Both the position numbers and the translations under genes were made by a program. From positions 5,273-69,272 of the forward strand of contig DATKHR010000379.1 in NCBI GenBank assembly GCA_035510155.1: DNA of 64,000 nucleotides, in the 5' to 3' direction. Source of the stretch: Vicinamibacterales bacterium (GTDB lineage: Bacteria; Acidobacteriota; Vicinamibacteria; Vicinamibacterales; CAVVIG01). Every line of letters starts with the position of its first letter. Positions within the stretch are counted from its first letter, which is position 1. Below the pieces are notes generated by a model, which saw only the letters and a program-made list of their open reading frames with translations, had not been told where the DNA came from and searched no databases. Positions 19,246-29,135 of the stretch are shown one piece after another.

Positions 19246-20463
19246 ATGCACGTTGCCATCGTGGGCGCGGGTCCGGCCGGTGCGTGGGCCGCCTATCAAC
19301 TCGCGCGGCGCGGCGCGCGAGTGACCATGTTCGATCACTCGCACCCGCGCGAAAAACCGTGTGGGGGCGGGGTCACCGGCCGCGCGCTCGCGCTCGTGGC
19401 CGGCGCGCTTGCGGAGGTGCCAGCCCGCGGCGGGCTCCGGCGCGGAGGGGTCTGCGGCGTGGGAAACAACGAGCTGCCGCTCGCTGTCGCGACGATCCGA
19501 ACCGCGCGATTCACCGATTCGGTCAACAACACCCAGGCGGTCGTCCCCCTCGCAGAACGCGCACTCTTGGTCGCCAGCCGCTCGGCGTTCGATGCGGCGC
19601 TTCTGAACGCAGCCGTGCGTGCGGGCGCGTCACTCAACACCGCGCGCGTCGTCGACGTCACGATTGGCGCATCGTCAATCGACGTCCACACACGCGAGAC
19701 GGCGTGGGCCGCCGACTTCCTCATCGGTGCCGACGGCGCCAACAGCATCGTGCGTCGGCGTGCCGGCCGGCGCTTCAGTCGCGAACAGTTGTCGATGGCC
19801 ACGGGGTTCTTTGCGCAGGGTGTCACCAGCGACGAAATCGTCATCGAGATGGTCGCCGACCCGCCCGGATACATCTGGTCGTTTCCGCGCCCTGATCACC
19901 TGGCGATTGGCATCTGCGCCCAGGCGGATGCCGGCGCGCGGCCCGAGGCTCTCCGGGCGCGCGCCGCGGCGTGGGTCCGCGCGAGGCGCCTGGCGGACGG
20001 CGCGCCTCTCATCCCGTACTCGTGGCCGATTCCCTCGCTCGGTTCGCGCGACCTCGCGTCGCAACAGATTGCCGGGGCGCGCTGGTGCTTGGTGGGGGAC
20101 GCCGCCGGCCTGGTCGATCCCATCACACGCGAGGGTATTTACTTCGCGCTGGCGTCAGCGGGATGGGCGGCCGAGGCGATCACTGCCGGCGGCGACTGCG
20201 CGCGCGCGTATTGCGCGCGGGTGCGGACCGAAGCGGTCTCCGAGTTGTCCCGCGCCGCGCGCCTCAAAGCCGGATTCTTCCGTCCAGCGTTCACAACGTT
20301 GATGGTGGACGCCCTCGGCCACAGCGCCGCGATTCGCGCGGCAATGGCCGACCTCATTGCCGGGACCCAGACCTATCGCTCGTTAAAGTGGCGTCTGCTC
20401 AGAACATTCGAGCTCGGGTTCGCCCGCGCCCTCTACGCGAGCGCGTGGACTCGCACGGCGTGA
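19246..20463 (+). CDS. geranylgeranyl reductase-family FAD-dependent oxidoreductase
   Basis: ORF as given, 405 aa: MHVAIVGAGPAGAWAAYQLARRG..KPCGGGV..LVGDAAGLVDPITREGI. Confidence 0.8.
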   Translation: MHVAIVGAGPAGAWAAYQLARRGARVTMFDHSHPREKPCGGGVTGRALALVAGALAEVPARGGLRRGGVCGVGNNELPLAVATIRTARFTDSVNNTQAVVPLAERALLVASRSAFDAALLNAAVRAGASLNTARVVDVTIGASSIDVHTRETAWAADFLIGADGANSIVRRRAGRRFSREQLSMATGFFAQGVTSDEIVIEMVADPPGYIWSFPRPDHLAIGICAQADAGARPEALRARAAAWVRARRLADGAPLIPYSWPIPSLGSRDLASQQIAGARWCLVGDAAGLVDPITREGIYFALASAGWAAEAITAGGDCARAYCARVRTEAVSELSRAARLKAGFFRPAFTTLMVDALGHSAAIRAAMADLIAGTQTYRSLKWRLLRTFELGFARALYASAWTRTA

Positions 20464-21186
20464 GGGTCTGCTCGGAAGCTCCGCGCCGCCCGCCGGTGTC
20501 AGCCCTACTGACCGCGTGTTCAGACGTTCCGCTTTCGTGAGCCGGAGCTCAAAGCCGATTCCGTTCGCGGCGATCTCACATCGGCCAAAACGGCTTTGCG
20601 CGACCATCCGCTCGAGTTGTTCCCTGGTGTACGCGCGCTTCAACAGCAGCAATCGAAACGTCCAGCGGGTCATCAGGGCGTTGAGCGCCGAAAGGCCCAT
20701 GTGGCGTATCTCGAGATCGATGTCTTCGTGCGACGCGTCCTTCCGCAGGTCGAAGACCGAGGCCCCGCCTCCGGGTCGCAGGACTCTGTGCATCTCGTTG
20801 AGCGCGCCGACCGGATCGCTGAAGTTCTTGAACGCCGCCGTGCAGACGACGAAGTCGAACGCCGCGTCGGCAAACGGCATCTGCGCCGCGTTGCCGCGGC
20901 GGATGTCGACGGGAACGCCGGCCTTCCGAGCGCGCTCGCGTGCAATCCTGACGAACGACTCGCTGATATCGAGCCCCGTCACTCTGTAACCGCGCGTGGC
21001 CAGCTCGATCGCCAGGTACCCGGGTCCGGGCGCGACCTCGAGCACGTCGCCGCCGGGACGCGCGCGCTCGGCCACAAGTCGAGCCGTCTCCGTGAATCGC
21101 CTCAGATCCCGGCCGGTATTCTGCGTGTACCACGTGGCAATCGCGCCTTCCATCCCGATTCCCTTGTAGGCCTTTGCCGCGGTCAT
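20383..21186 (-). CDS. class I SAM-dependent methyltransferase
   Basis: ORF as given, 267 aa: VLEVAPGPGYLAIELA..GLDISESFV..LRPGG. A low-complexity C-terminal tail overlaps the convergent reductase gene by 81 nt. Confidence 0.8.
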   Translation of the reverse strand: MTAAKAYKGIGMEGAIATWYTQNTGRDLRRFTETARLVAERARPGGDVLEVAPGPGYLAIELATRGYRVTGLDISESFVRIARERARKAGVPVDIRRGNAAQMPFADAAFDFVVCTAAFKNFSDPVGALNEMHRVLRPGGGASVFDLRKDASHEDIDLEIRHMGLSALNALMTRWTFRLLLLKRAYTREQLERMVAQSRFGRCEIAANGIGFELRLTKAERLNTRSVGLTPAGGAELPSRPSRRASPRARVEGAGEPELECSEQTPL

Positions 21187-21260
21187 CTGACCCTCCAGTC
21201 TCCGAAAACCAGTATGTGTGTGTCCAAATGCCGAGCGCGCGTGAACGTCGTACCCATTTG

Positions 21261-21301
21261 CTAACGACGTTAGCTTAGTGCCAACACTGTTGACTAGTCA
21301 A
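21261..21301. promoter_or_regulatory. two palindromes in the methyltransferase/TetR divergent region (candidate TetR operators; putative promoter)
   Basis: CTAACG-A-CGTTAG (21261-21273) and a perfect 12-bp palindrome TTGACTAGTCAA (21290-21301). The TTGACT half, a 17-nt spacer and TACGAT (21313-21318) look like a promoter. Confidence 0.5.
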
Positions 21302-21358
21302 GCCCGCGTTGCTACGATGCCCCGCGGCAGCCACAAGCCACGTGGGCCTGGTGAGCGC

Positions 21359-22063
21359 ATGAGCATCGTTCCGTTTCGCAAGGCCGAGCGCCGTCGGAAG
21401 CGCCAGCCGCTCGATCAAGCCCAGGTGGTGCGGGCGGCTCTCGTCCTGCTCGACGAAGTCGGACTGGACGAGTTGACGATGCGCCGGCTGGCCGAGGGGC
21501 TCGGTGTCAAGGCGGCATCCTTGTATCGCCACGTCCGAAACAAAGATGAGTTGCTGGCGTTGCTTGGCGACGAGATCAGCGCCGAGATCCCGCTCCCCCG
21601 CTCGTCCGGGACCTGGCGGGAGCAGTTGACGGAGAGCGCCTGGAACGTGCGGAAGGGATTGCTCGCCCACCGCGATGCCGCCCGGGTTCTCGCCGGCACG
21701 CCACCGGCGGGGCCGCGGCGCCTGCGGCACATCGAGGCGGTTTTGCGGATCCTGAGGGCCACGGGTCTGAGGGACCGGGATGTGGCCCACGCCGCGTATC
21801 ACCTGAACAACTTCGTGACGGAATTTGCCGCCGATGAAGGGCGGCTCGCTCGGTGGGCTGCGCTCGCGGGCTCGAGCCGACGGAAAATCCTCGCGGAGGC
21901 CCGCCGTCAATTCAAATCGCTCCCGGCCGACGAGTACCCGACCATCGTCGCCCTTGCGGATCATCTGACGACCGACGCTCAGGACGAGCTCTTTCGATTC
22001 GGCATCGACATGTGCCTGCGCGGGATCCAGGCGCTCGTGAAGCGCGGGGCCCGACAAGGCTGA
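21359..22063 (+). CDS. TetR/AcrR-family transcriptional regulator
   Basis: ORF 21278..22063(+) trimmed to ATG 21359 (MSIVPFRK), downstream of the putative promoter. HTH LTMRRLAEGLGVKAASLYRHVRNKDELL. The start is uncertain; alternatives are 21278 and 21317. Confidence 0.8.
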   Translation: MSIVPFRKAERRRKRQPLDQAQVVRAALVLLDEVGLDELTMRRLAEGLGVKAASLYRHVRNKDELLALLGDEISAEIPLPRSSGTWREQLTESAWNVRKGLLAHRDAARVLAGTPPAGPRRLRHIEAVLRILRATGLRDRDVAHAAYHLNNFVTEFAADEGRLARWAALAGSSRRKILAEARRQFKSLPADEYPTIVALADHLTTDAQDELFRFGIDMCLRGIQALVKRGARQG

Positions 22064-22100
22064 GAGGCGCGCGTTCGCCGAAGCCAGCAGTCGGCTGCCC

Positions 22101-22949
22101 TCAGCGACCAACATAGCCGTCGCGCGCCCTGACCCGCAGGTTCGGACGATGGACACGCACGTCGATGGCATGCCATCCGGGACGCCGGCCGGCGTTTTCG
22201 GCTGGAGCGTATCCAATCAAATACTGCACCCGCAGCTCGCGCGCCAGGCCCACCAACGCGTCATCGAGCCGCTTCGGATCGGTGACGAACAGCGAGCGGC
22301 CGCCCGTCACCCCGGCGAGCTCCGCGAAGATCGGAGGTCGATGCTTCGCGAGCGCGACCGGATACACCAGGACGTCGCTGCGCCGGGCGAGATCGATAAG
22401 ATCGGCCGCCTTCGTGTCGCTCCCGCGGTCGTCGCCGTCGGAGAGAAGAAGCAGGGCGCGCCGGCCGCGACGTCCGTGCACCAGGTCGATGGCCTTCACG
22501 GTCGCGTCGTACAGCGGGGTCGTTCCCCACGGACCGATCACCTCCCACGGCGTTCTCACCGCGTCTCGCGCGGGAGTGGGCGGTGTGACGGTCTCTATCT
22601 CGCTGCCGATTGCAACAACCGTCACTTCATCTTCGTCGCGCAAGGCTTGGATGAAGGCCACGGCAGCCCGCTTGGCGAGCGCGAGACGCTCACCCGACAT
22701 GCTGAAGCTGCGATCGATCGCCACGACGACCGACAGGGGGAACTCGCCCGGTGCAAACACGGTAATACGCTCCGCGACGCCATCTTCCGATACCTCGAAG
22801 TCCGCGGCGGTCAGCCCGGCGACTGGTTCACCGCGTGCATCGGTGACCGTCGCGTACACCTCGACGAGGTCGACGCCGGAAGCGAATTGCGGCGCGCCAA
22901 GCCCGACCGCGAAGAGTGGTACAATCAGGCCTTCAAGGAGCATCGCCAT
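22101..22949 (-). CDS. secreted VWA-domain protein (acidobacterial VWFA-related type)
   Basis: ORF 22101..23075(-) trimmed to ATG 22949 ([18 protein letters not shown]). Contains [28 protein letters not shown] (MIDAS-like DxSxS)..LLLSDGDD. The start is uncertain; upstream in-frame ATGs would overlap tatA antisense. Confidence 0.75.
   Translation of the reverse strand: MAMLLEGLIVPLFAVGLGAPQFASGVDLVEVYATVTDARGEPVAGLTAADFEVSEDGVAERITVFAPGEFPLSVVVAIDRSFSMSGERLALAKRAAVAFIQALRDEDEVTVVAIGSEIETVTPPTPARDAVRTPWEVIGPWGTTPLYDATVKAIDLVHGRRGRRALLLLSDGDDRGSDTKAADLIDLARRSDVLVYPVALAKHRPPIFAELAGVTGGRSLFVTDPKRLDDALVGLARELRVQYLIGYAPAENAGRRPGWHAIDVRVHRPNLRVRARDGYVGR
22917..22940 (+). promoter_or_regulatory. extended -10 promoter and Shine-Dalgarno of tatA, embedded antisense in the VWA gene 5' end
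   Basis: TGgTACAAT (22917-22925) and AAGGAG (22935-22940), the latter 7 nt before ATG 22948. Confidence 0.5.
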
Positions 22950-23094
22950 GGGACGTGTCGGGCTGCCAGAGCTTCTCGTCATTCTGGCCATCGTCGTGAT
23001 CATTTTCGGCGCCAACCGGCTGCCCGAGCTTGGCCGCGGCATCGGCAGCGCCATCAAGAATTTCAAAGACGGCATGAAGGACGGAAACCAGTAA
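22948..23094 (+). CDS. tatA: twin-arginine translocase subunit TatA/E
   Basis: Tail of ORF 22165..23094(+) from ATG 22948: [42 protein letters not shown]. Confidence 0.9.
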   Translation: MGRVGLPELLVILAIVVIIFGANRLPELGRGIGSAIKNFKDGMKDGNQ

Positions 23095-23126
23095 GCCCTC
23101 CCCCGAGCACCGTGCTCCGCCCGTCC

Positions 23127-25046
23127 TCAGAGCACGATGCGCGAGTCGCCCGACCGCCGGGTGACCCGTTCCCTGTCCAGGTACTCGAGCAGGGGAATCG
23201 CAAACTTCCGCGTCACGCCATACCGCTCCTTGAACGTGGCAACGTCGATCCGCGCCGGCGCCCCTTCCCTTTTCATCGCCGCCACGCTGGCCTTCAACTG
23301 CTCGAGTGCTTCTTCATGGAACCAGAGACTGTCGAGGCGCACGAGCACTCTCTGCCGCTGGAGGAGCCGGAGCATGCGGTCGGCGACCGCGCCGCTAACG
23401 CCCAGCTCCACGGCGAGCGCCGGCGGATCCGGCGGCTTCAGGCTGGCGGCGCGGTAAGCGCGCTCGATAGCCTCCTTCGCGCGTGATTCCTCCGGCGACA
23501 ACGCGAGCTGATGGGTCGACAACGCGACCCGATCGCGCAAGGTAATCTTCCCGGCGCTCACCAGCTCCGCGAGAGCGTGCTCGAATACCCGTTGGTCGCC
23601 GCGACGGAAGCGTTGCGCCCGCAGCTCCTCGCGCGACACGCCCTCCGACAACGGCTGCGCGCGATGATGTTCGGCCAGTGCGGAGAGGATCGATTCCTCC
23701 AGGCGCACAAGCACGGCACGGTCGACGAGTACCCCCTCGGCCGCGGCGATCAGGCCACCCTCGACCAGCTCGCGGACGCGCACCTCAAGCGCGGCGGGAT
23801 CGACGCCGACCCTGCTCACGAGCGCCGATATGGGGAGTCCTGCAGGACCGGCATCGGCAACGAGCACCGCCGCTGCCCTTCGCTCCGACGTGCCGCGATC
23901 GGTTGAAGCCCCGTCGAACCCGAGCGCTCGGCAGCGGTCGGTCGCGGCCGCAGCGCGGATGCGATCGCGCGGCGGAAACGGATCGAGCACGACGCCGCCT
24001 GCAATCGTCACAGGCGGCGAGTAGGCCCGGAGAATGTATCGGTCGCCACGCGCAAGAACGGCCGGCGACTCGAGCCGGAGACGCGCGCATCCGTGGCCGC
24101 CCGGCTGGACCGTCGTCGCTTGCGGATCAATGATGCCCACGCGGCCCATCACTTCCGCCGTACCCTGATGAAACCGGACACGCGCGCCATGCTGGAGCGG
24201 CTTGGCCTCGCCGAGCACCTCAATCGCGACGTCGACGACGCGAGTCTCAACAAACGCATCCGGCGTCACCAGACTCTGTCCGCGCGCGATCTCGTGAACG
24301 TCGATCCCGGCCAGGTTCACTGCGCACCGGTGCCCCGCGGTCGCCTCCGCAAACTTCAGGCCGTGCACCTGGACGCCCCGGACCTTCACGGGGCGCTGTC
24401 CGGGCGCGATCACCAGCTCCCGCTCCGCTGCGACTGTTCCGGAAACCAGCGTGCCGGTGACGACCGTCCCAAATCCCTTCATCGAAAAGACTCGATCGAC
24501 CGGCAGCCGTGTCACGGTCGTCTGCGCGCGGCCGCGCACCCGCGCGCTCGCCTGCATCAGCGCCGCGCGCAGGTCATCGAGGCCGCTTCCGGTCCGCGCC
24601 GACACCGGGACGATCGGGGCGCCGTCGAGAAACGACCCCGCCACGAGCTCTCGCACCTCGAGCCGCGCCAGCTCGGTCATCTCCGCGTCGGCAAGATCGG
24701 CTTTCGAGAGCGCCACCAGCCCGGCCGGCACACGCAGCAGCCTGCAGATCTCAAAATGCTCGCGGGTCTGCGGCATCACCGACTCGTCCGCGGCGACGAC
24801 GAGAACGACGAGGTCGATGCCGCCGACGCCGGCCAGCATGTTCTTGACGAATCGCTCATGGCCCGGAACGTCGACGAACGCCAGATGCAGGCCCTCGACT
24901 GTCGTATGGGCGAAACCGAGATCGATGGTGATGCCTCGCGCCTTTTCCTCCTTGAGCCGGTCCGGATCGGTGCCGGTCAACGCCTGCACGAGCGCGCTCT
25001 TGCCGTGGTCGATGTGGCCCGCCGTTCCGACGATGACTGATTTCAT
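23127..25046 (-). CDS. selB: selenocysteine-specific translation elongation factor SelB
   Basis: ORF as given, 639 aa. GTPase domain [23 protein letters not shown], and a long C-terminal winged-helix region ending [18 protein letters not shown]. Confidence 0.9.
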   Translation of the reverse strand: MKSVIVGTAGHIDHGKSALVQALTGTDPDRLKEEKARGITIDLGFAHTTVEGLHLAFVDVPGHERFVKNMLAGVGGIDLVVLVVAADESVMPQTREHFEICRLLRVPAGLVALSKADLADAEMTELARLEVRELVAGSFLDGAPIVPVSARTGSGLDDLRAALMQASARVRGRAQTTVTRLPVDRVFSMKGFGTVVTGTLVSGTVAAERELVIAPGQRPVKVRGVQVHGLKFAEATAGHRCAVNLAGIDVHEIARGQSLVTPDAFVETRVVDVAIEVLGEAKPLQHGARVRFHQGTAEVMGRVGIIDPQATTVQPGGHGCARLRLESPAVLARGDRYILRAYSPPVTIAGGVVLDPFPPRDRIRAAAATDRCRALGFDGASTDRGTSERRAAAVLVADAGPAGLPISALVSRVGVDPAALEVRVRELVEGGLIAAAEGVLVDRAVLVRLEESILSALAEHHRAQPLSEGVSREELRAQRFRRGDQRVFEHALAELVSAGKITLRDRVALSTHQLALSPEESRAKEAIERAYRAASLKPPDPPALAVELGVSGAVADRMLRLLQRQRVLVRLDSLWFHEEALEQLKASVAAMKREGAPARIDVATFKERYGVTRKFAIPLLEYLDRERVTRRSGDSRIVL

Positions 25047-27427
25047 CGACCTCCGCGCCTCCGCTGGCGCTCCCGCCGGCCCGGCCTCGGCGCCCGCCGG
25101 CCGTTGGCCCGACGGGCGTGCTGATCCCGGGGACCCCTTCCTCCAGGACCTTTGCCGTGACGGGGACGGTCGCTCCGCGACGCTCTGTCTCCCTGACGCA
25201 CGCGGTCGAGAATCTCGACGAGGCCGAGATCGATCTGCCGGTGCTCCATGCTCACCCGAATGACCTGCACCTGGACTCTGTCGCCCAGCCGGTAGACCTT
25301 GTGGGTATTTTCCCCTCTCAGCAGATGCCCGCTTTCGATGAAGCGGTAGTAATCATCCGCCATCGTTGAAACATGAACGAGCCCTTCGACGAAGTGCTCC
25401 ACCAGCTCGACAAAGAGCCCGAACGACGCCACGCCAACGACATAGCCCTCAAACTCATCGCCGACTTTGTCGGCCATGAACTTCACTTTTTTCCACTGGA
25501 CGAGCTCACGCTCCGCGTCGTCCGCGCGCCGCTCCATCTCAGAAGTATGGCGGGCCGTTTCGGGCAGTTCTTCGACGAGCTCCTCTCTGAGCTCGGGCGT
25601 GATCGCCGCATGCCGCGCGGCGCGCAGCGTGCGATGGACCACGAGGTCGGGATACCGCCGAATGGGAGAAGTGAAATGCGTGTAGCTCGCCGCCGCAAGC
25701 CCGAAGTGCCCGAGATTCTCCGGCGCATAGCGCGCCTTCTGCATCGTTCGAAGCATGAGCAGGGCGATCGGCTTCTCTTCCGGCTTGCCGTGGATGCGTT
25801 CGACCAGCTTCTGAAAATGGCGCGGACGGAGCGCCGCCACCGGAGCCCCCAGGCTGTAGCCGAACCCGGAGATGAACTCTTCGAACTTCAAGACTTTCAA
25901 CGGATCAGGATCTTCGTGCACCCGGTACAGAGTTGGCACCTTGTGCGCTTCCAGATATGACGCCACCGTCTCGTTCGCGAGCAGCATGAACTCTTCTATC
26001 AGTCTGTGCGCGACGTTGCGCTCGAGCGCAATGATGGCCTCGACTTTCCCGGCGTCGTCAATGACGACTTCGGCCTCATTCAGGTCGAAGTCGATCGATC
26101 CGCGCCGCCTGCGGGCGTCATTGAGAATCTGGAACAATTCCCGCATCAGCTCGAACATCGGCACCAGAGCCGCGTACTCCTTCAGCAGCTGGGGATCCCG
26201 GTTCGTCAGGATGCCGTTGACCGCGGTGTACGTCATCCGCGCGTCGCTGTTGATGACGCCGTCGTGGAACTCAGCGCGCACGACCTGACCCTGCCGGTTC
26301 ACTTCCATCAGAGCCGATTGCACGAGCCGATCGACCTGCGGGTTCAAGCTGCACAAGCCGGTTGCAAGCTCCGATGGGAACATGTGAACGGCGCGCTCGG
26401 GGAAGTACACCGACGTCCCGCGCTCATACGCCTCGCGGGCGAGCGCGCTTCCTTCCTGCACGTAGTGCGAGACGTCGGCGATGTGAACACCGAGCCAGTA
26501 GTGCCCGTTCCGCAGTCGCTCAATCGTGATCGCGTCGTCGAAATCGCGCGCGTGTTCGCCGTCGATTGTGACCGTGGGGACGGACCGGAAATCCGTGCGC
26601 CCGCGAACATCACGATCGGCGACGGCGGTCCCGAGACGCGTCGCCTCGTCGACCGCCTCCGGCGAGTGGACGTCGGGAATGCCGTGGGTGCGAATGATGA
26701 TCTCGGTGTCGACGCCCGGCGCGTTGATGTCCCCGAGGACGTCGACCACGCGCCCCACCGCGCCCCGGGTCTGGGTAGGCCATCTCGTGAGCTCGACGAC
26801 GACCATCTCGCCGGCCTCCGCGCCGCCCTCCTGGCCCGGCGGGATGAAGATGTCCATGAGCACGCGCCGATCGAAGGGGATCACGTAACCGATTCCGCTG
26901 TCCCGCACTGTGGTCGTCGACCGGGGCAGGTCGCCGCGGTCGTAGCGGCCGATGATGGACTGGTTCGCGCGCTCCAGGATTCGAATGACGCGCCCTTCGG
27001 CTCGCTTTCCGTCCTCGCCCATTCCGGGCGCGGCTGCCCCCTGGTTCATACGCTCCACGCGGACGACGACGCGGTCCCCGTGCATCGCCTCGTTGAGATG
27101 GGGTCCTGACACGTAGATGTCGCCGCCCGATCCGGCCGGCAGCGGCTCGCTGAGAAGGCGATCAACTGGTCGATCGGGCGCCACGAACCCATAGCCGGCG
27201 GGGTGCATCTGAAGACGGCCGACGTAGAGATCCATCTTCTCCGGAAGGCCGAATCGATGGCCCCGGATCTGAATGAGGTCGCCCGAGGAGACGAGCGACT
27301 TGACGTGCCGCTTGAACGACGTGCGCTCGTCGTGCGGCACCTTGAGAACTTGGATGAGCTCGCGCATGCCGGCCGGGTGGTGGACCCGGTCGCGCATCAG
27401 CGCGAGGACTTGATCCCGCGAAAACAT
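25043..27427 (-). CDS. rnr: ribonuclease R
   Basis: ORF as given, 794 aa. Cold-shock-like N-terminus, RNB domain ([21 protein letters not shown]), S1 domain and a basic tail. ATGA overlap with the selB start. Confidence 0.92.
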   Translation of the reverse strand: MFSRDQVLALMRDRVHHPAGMRELIQVLKVPHDERTSFKRHVKSLVSSGDLIQIRGHRFGLPEKMDLYVGRLQMHPAGYGFVAPDRPVDRLLSEPLPAGSGGDIYVSGPHLNEAMHGDRVVVRVERMNQGAAAPGMGEDGKRAEGRVIRILERANQSIIGRYDRGDLPRSTTTVRDSGIGYVIPFDRRVLMDIFIPPGQEGGAEAGEMVVVELTRWPTQTRGAVGRVVDVLGDINAPGVDTEIIIRTHGIPDVHSPEAVDEATRLGTAVADRDVRGRTDFRSVPTVTIDGEHARDFDDAITIERLRNGHYWLGVHIADVSHYVQEGSALAREAYERGTSVYFPERAVHMFPSELATGLCSLNPQVDRLVQSALMEVNRQGQVVRAEFHDGVINSDARMTYTAVNGILTNRDPQLLKEYAALVPMFELMRELFQILNDARRRRGSIDFDLNEAEVVIDDAGKVEAIIALERNVAHRLIEEFMLLANETVASYLEAHKVPTLYRVHEDPDPLKVLKFEEFISGFGYSLGAPVAALRPRHFQKLVERIHGKPEEKPIALLMLRTMQKARYAPENLGHFGLAAASYTHFTSPIRRYPDLVVHRTLRAARHAAITPELREELVEELPETARHTSEMERRADDAERELVQWKKVKFMADKVGDEFEGYVVGVASFGLFVELVEHFVEGLVHVSTMADDYYRFIESGHLLRGENTHKVYRLGDRVQVQVIRVSMEHRQIDLGLVEILDRVRQGDRASRSDRPRHGKGPGGRGPRDQHARRANGRRAPRPGRRERQRRRGGR

Positions 27428-27433
27428 GTGAAG

Positions 27434-28768
27434 TTAGGCTAACAGAATTACTTGAAGGTCGCCGACGTTCGTGCCGGTTGAACCGGTGCGGATGAGATCG
27501 CCGAGCGAGTCGAAAAACGCGTAGCTGTTGTTGTCCGCGAGATACGGACCGGGGCGGCGACCCGCGGTGAGCGCCCGGTCCACAGTGGTCCAATCGGCGT
27601 AGGCGCCCGCCGCGTCGGTTGGGCCGTCAATCCCGTCGGTGCCCGCGCTGGACACAGTGCCCGCGGCAGGAACCCGACCGAGGACCTCGGCGGCCGCGAG
27701 CACAAACTCCTGATTGCGACCGCCCTTGCCATGCCCAGTCACTCGGACGGTCGTCTCGCCGCTCGACACGACGCACAGCGGTCGCTTCATGCCGGCCGCG
27801 CGCGCGAGCACCGCGCGTAGGTGCGAGGGAGCCGCCACGCGCGCTTCGCCGACCACCGGGTCATCAACGAGGAGAGTCCAGTAGCCGCGCGCCGCGGCTT
27901 CCGCCACTGCGCCGTCCATGGCGTCGCGCCGCGATCCGATCACCGCCGCATGAGTGTGCGCCAGCAGTGGATCGCCGGGTTTCGGCGTTTCGGCGACACG
28001 CCCGGCCACGCCCGCCGTGAGGTGCTGCACAACCGCGCGGGGGAACCGGTCTTCCCCGCCGAATCGCCGGAGGACGTCGAGCGCGTCGTGGAAGTGGCTC
28101 GCATCCGCCACGGCCGGTCCGGACGCAATGACGCCCAGGTCGTCGCCGACGACGTCGGAAACGACGAGCACGTCGCAGGTTGCGCGCGTCGCTGCCGCCA
28201 GCCGCCCGCCTTTGATGGCGGACAGATGCTTGCGCACGGTGTTCAGGGCATGGATGTCCGCTCCCGCCTCGAGCAGGGTCGCCGTCGTGGACCGCTTGTC
28301 TTCGAGCGAGAGGCCGTTGGATGGAACAGCCATGAGCGCCGACGCGCCGCCGGAGAGGAGCAGGAGCAACCGGTCGTTCGTGTCGAGCGACCGCGCGAGC
28401 GCGAGCGCTCGACGCCCCGCCTCTTCGCTCGCCACCGTCGGTACAGGGTGGCCGCCCGCGACGCGCACCAGCTGAGCCTGATCGCCCGCGCCAGGCGGGC
28501 CGCCAGCGTAGGCGATCACAAGGCCGCCGGCCAGGCCCGGCTCCCCTGAATGGCCACGAACATGCGCCGTGGCCGCCGCCGCCATGGCGTCGGCCGCCTT
28601 GCCGGCGGCAAGGATCCAGCTTCGGCCGCCACGCGTCGCCTCAGGCCCGCGTTGGAGTCCGGCTCGAGCCAGCGCGCGCGCTGTCAACAGCCCGGCGTCG
28701 GCCGCACGAATGCCGCCATGAATGATCGCGAGAGTGTCGCTTCGAAGCTCGGCGAGTGAACGGGTCAG
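27434..28768 (-). CDS. glycerate 2-kinase (DUF4147/MOFRL family, TtuD-like)
   Basis: ORF 27434..28960(-). Family features include GKAADAMAAAA, LLLLSGGASAL, VRKHLSAIKGG and GRNQEFVLAAA..AGTDGIDGPTDAAGA. I place the start at in-frame CTG 28768 for three reasons: the 64 upstream codons have GC3 of about 44 percent, they overlap a better ORF, and no ATG/GTG/TTG is available nearby. The alternative is TTG 28960. Confidence 0.8.
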   Translation of the reverse strand: MTRSLAELRSDTLAIIHGGIRAADAGLLTARALARAGLQRGPEATRGGRSWILAAGKAADAMAAAATAHVRGHSGEPGLAGGLVIAYAGGPPGAGDQAQLVRVAGGHPVPTVASEEAGRRALALARSLDTNDRLLLLLSGGASALMAVPSNGLSLEDKRSTTATLLEAGADIHALNTVRKHLSAIKGGRLAAATRATCDVLVVSDVVGDDLGVIASGPAVADASHFHDALDVLRRFGGEDRFPRAVVQHLTAGVAGRVAETPKPGDPLLAHTHAAVIGSRRDAMDGAVAEAAARGYWTLLVDDPVVGEARVAAPSHLRAVLARAAGMKRPLCVVSSGETTVRVTGHGKGGRNQEFVLAAAEVLGRVPAAGTVSSAGTDGIDGPTDAAGAYADWTTVDRALTAGRRPGPYLADNNSYAFFDSLGDLIRTGSTGTNVGDLQVILLA

Positions 28769-29049
28769 TGTGAACGCTTGGGATCCGACCAGGCCGATAA
28801 GCCGGTTACGACGTCGAATTTCTTGAGGAGGGAACTGACAAGCTGAGGCGCGTTTGCCTGCGTCGAGAGCTTTTCGAGCTGGCCCATGATGTTTGCGAGG
28901 GCCGTCTCCACATCGGTGATGGCGCTCTCTGAATAGTACGCTCGCTGTCGCTGAAGACAACGATGATGCTTTGCAAATTCTTCTCTGTAGAACTCTGCGA
29001 TCGGGTGCTGCGCGCTAATCGGCCTCGAACTGGTCACGAAGCGTGGCAT
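28765..29049 (-). CDS. orphan small protein, 94 aa, predicted helical, no family recognised
   Basis: ORF as given. It has normal amino-acid composition, GAGGA 5 nt before the ATG and its own TTGACA/TACACT promoter. It is AT-richer than its neighbours (my count: 63 of 94 codons end in G/C). Confidence 0.6.
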   Translation of the reverse strand: MPRFVTSSRPISAQHPIAEFYREEFAKHHRCLQRQRAYYSESAITDVETALANIMGQLEKLSTQANAPQLVSSLLKKFDVVTGLSAWSDPKRSH

Positions 29050-29087
29050 GCAGGTCCTCGGAATAAACTGTCCGTACTGACGATTCC

Positions 29088-29117
29088 AGTGTAGTGCCGC
29101 GCCAAAACAGGTGTCAA
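29088..29117 (-). promoter_or_regulatory. sigma-70-type promoter for the 94-codon ORF (and probably the downstream glycerate kinase-rnr-selB genes)
   Basis: Minus strand TTGACA (29117-29112), an 18-nt spacer, then TACACT (29093-29088). It starts 18 nt after the gatB stop. Confidence 0.55.
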
Positions 29118-29135
29118 GATTCCTGCACCTCCCGC

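Noticed and set aside
28769-28960. 64-codon N-terminal extension of glycerate kinase from TTG 28960
   Set aside because: Only about 44 percent of its codons end in G/C by my count. The sequence is R/H/C-rich, has no SD, and overlaps a better-supported small ORF. It is kept only as an alternative.
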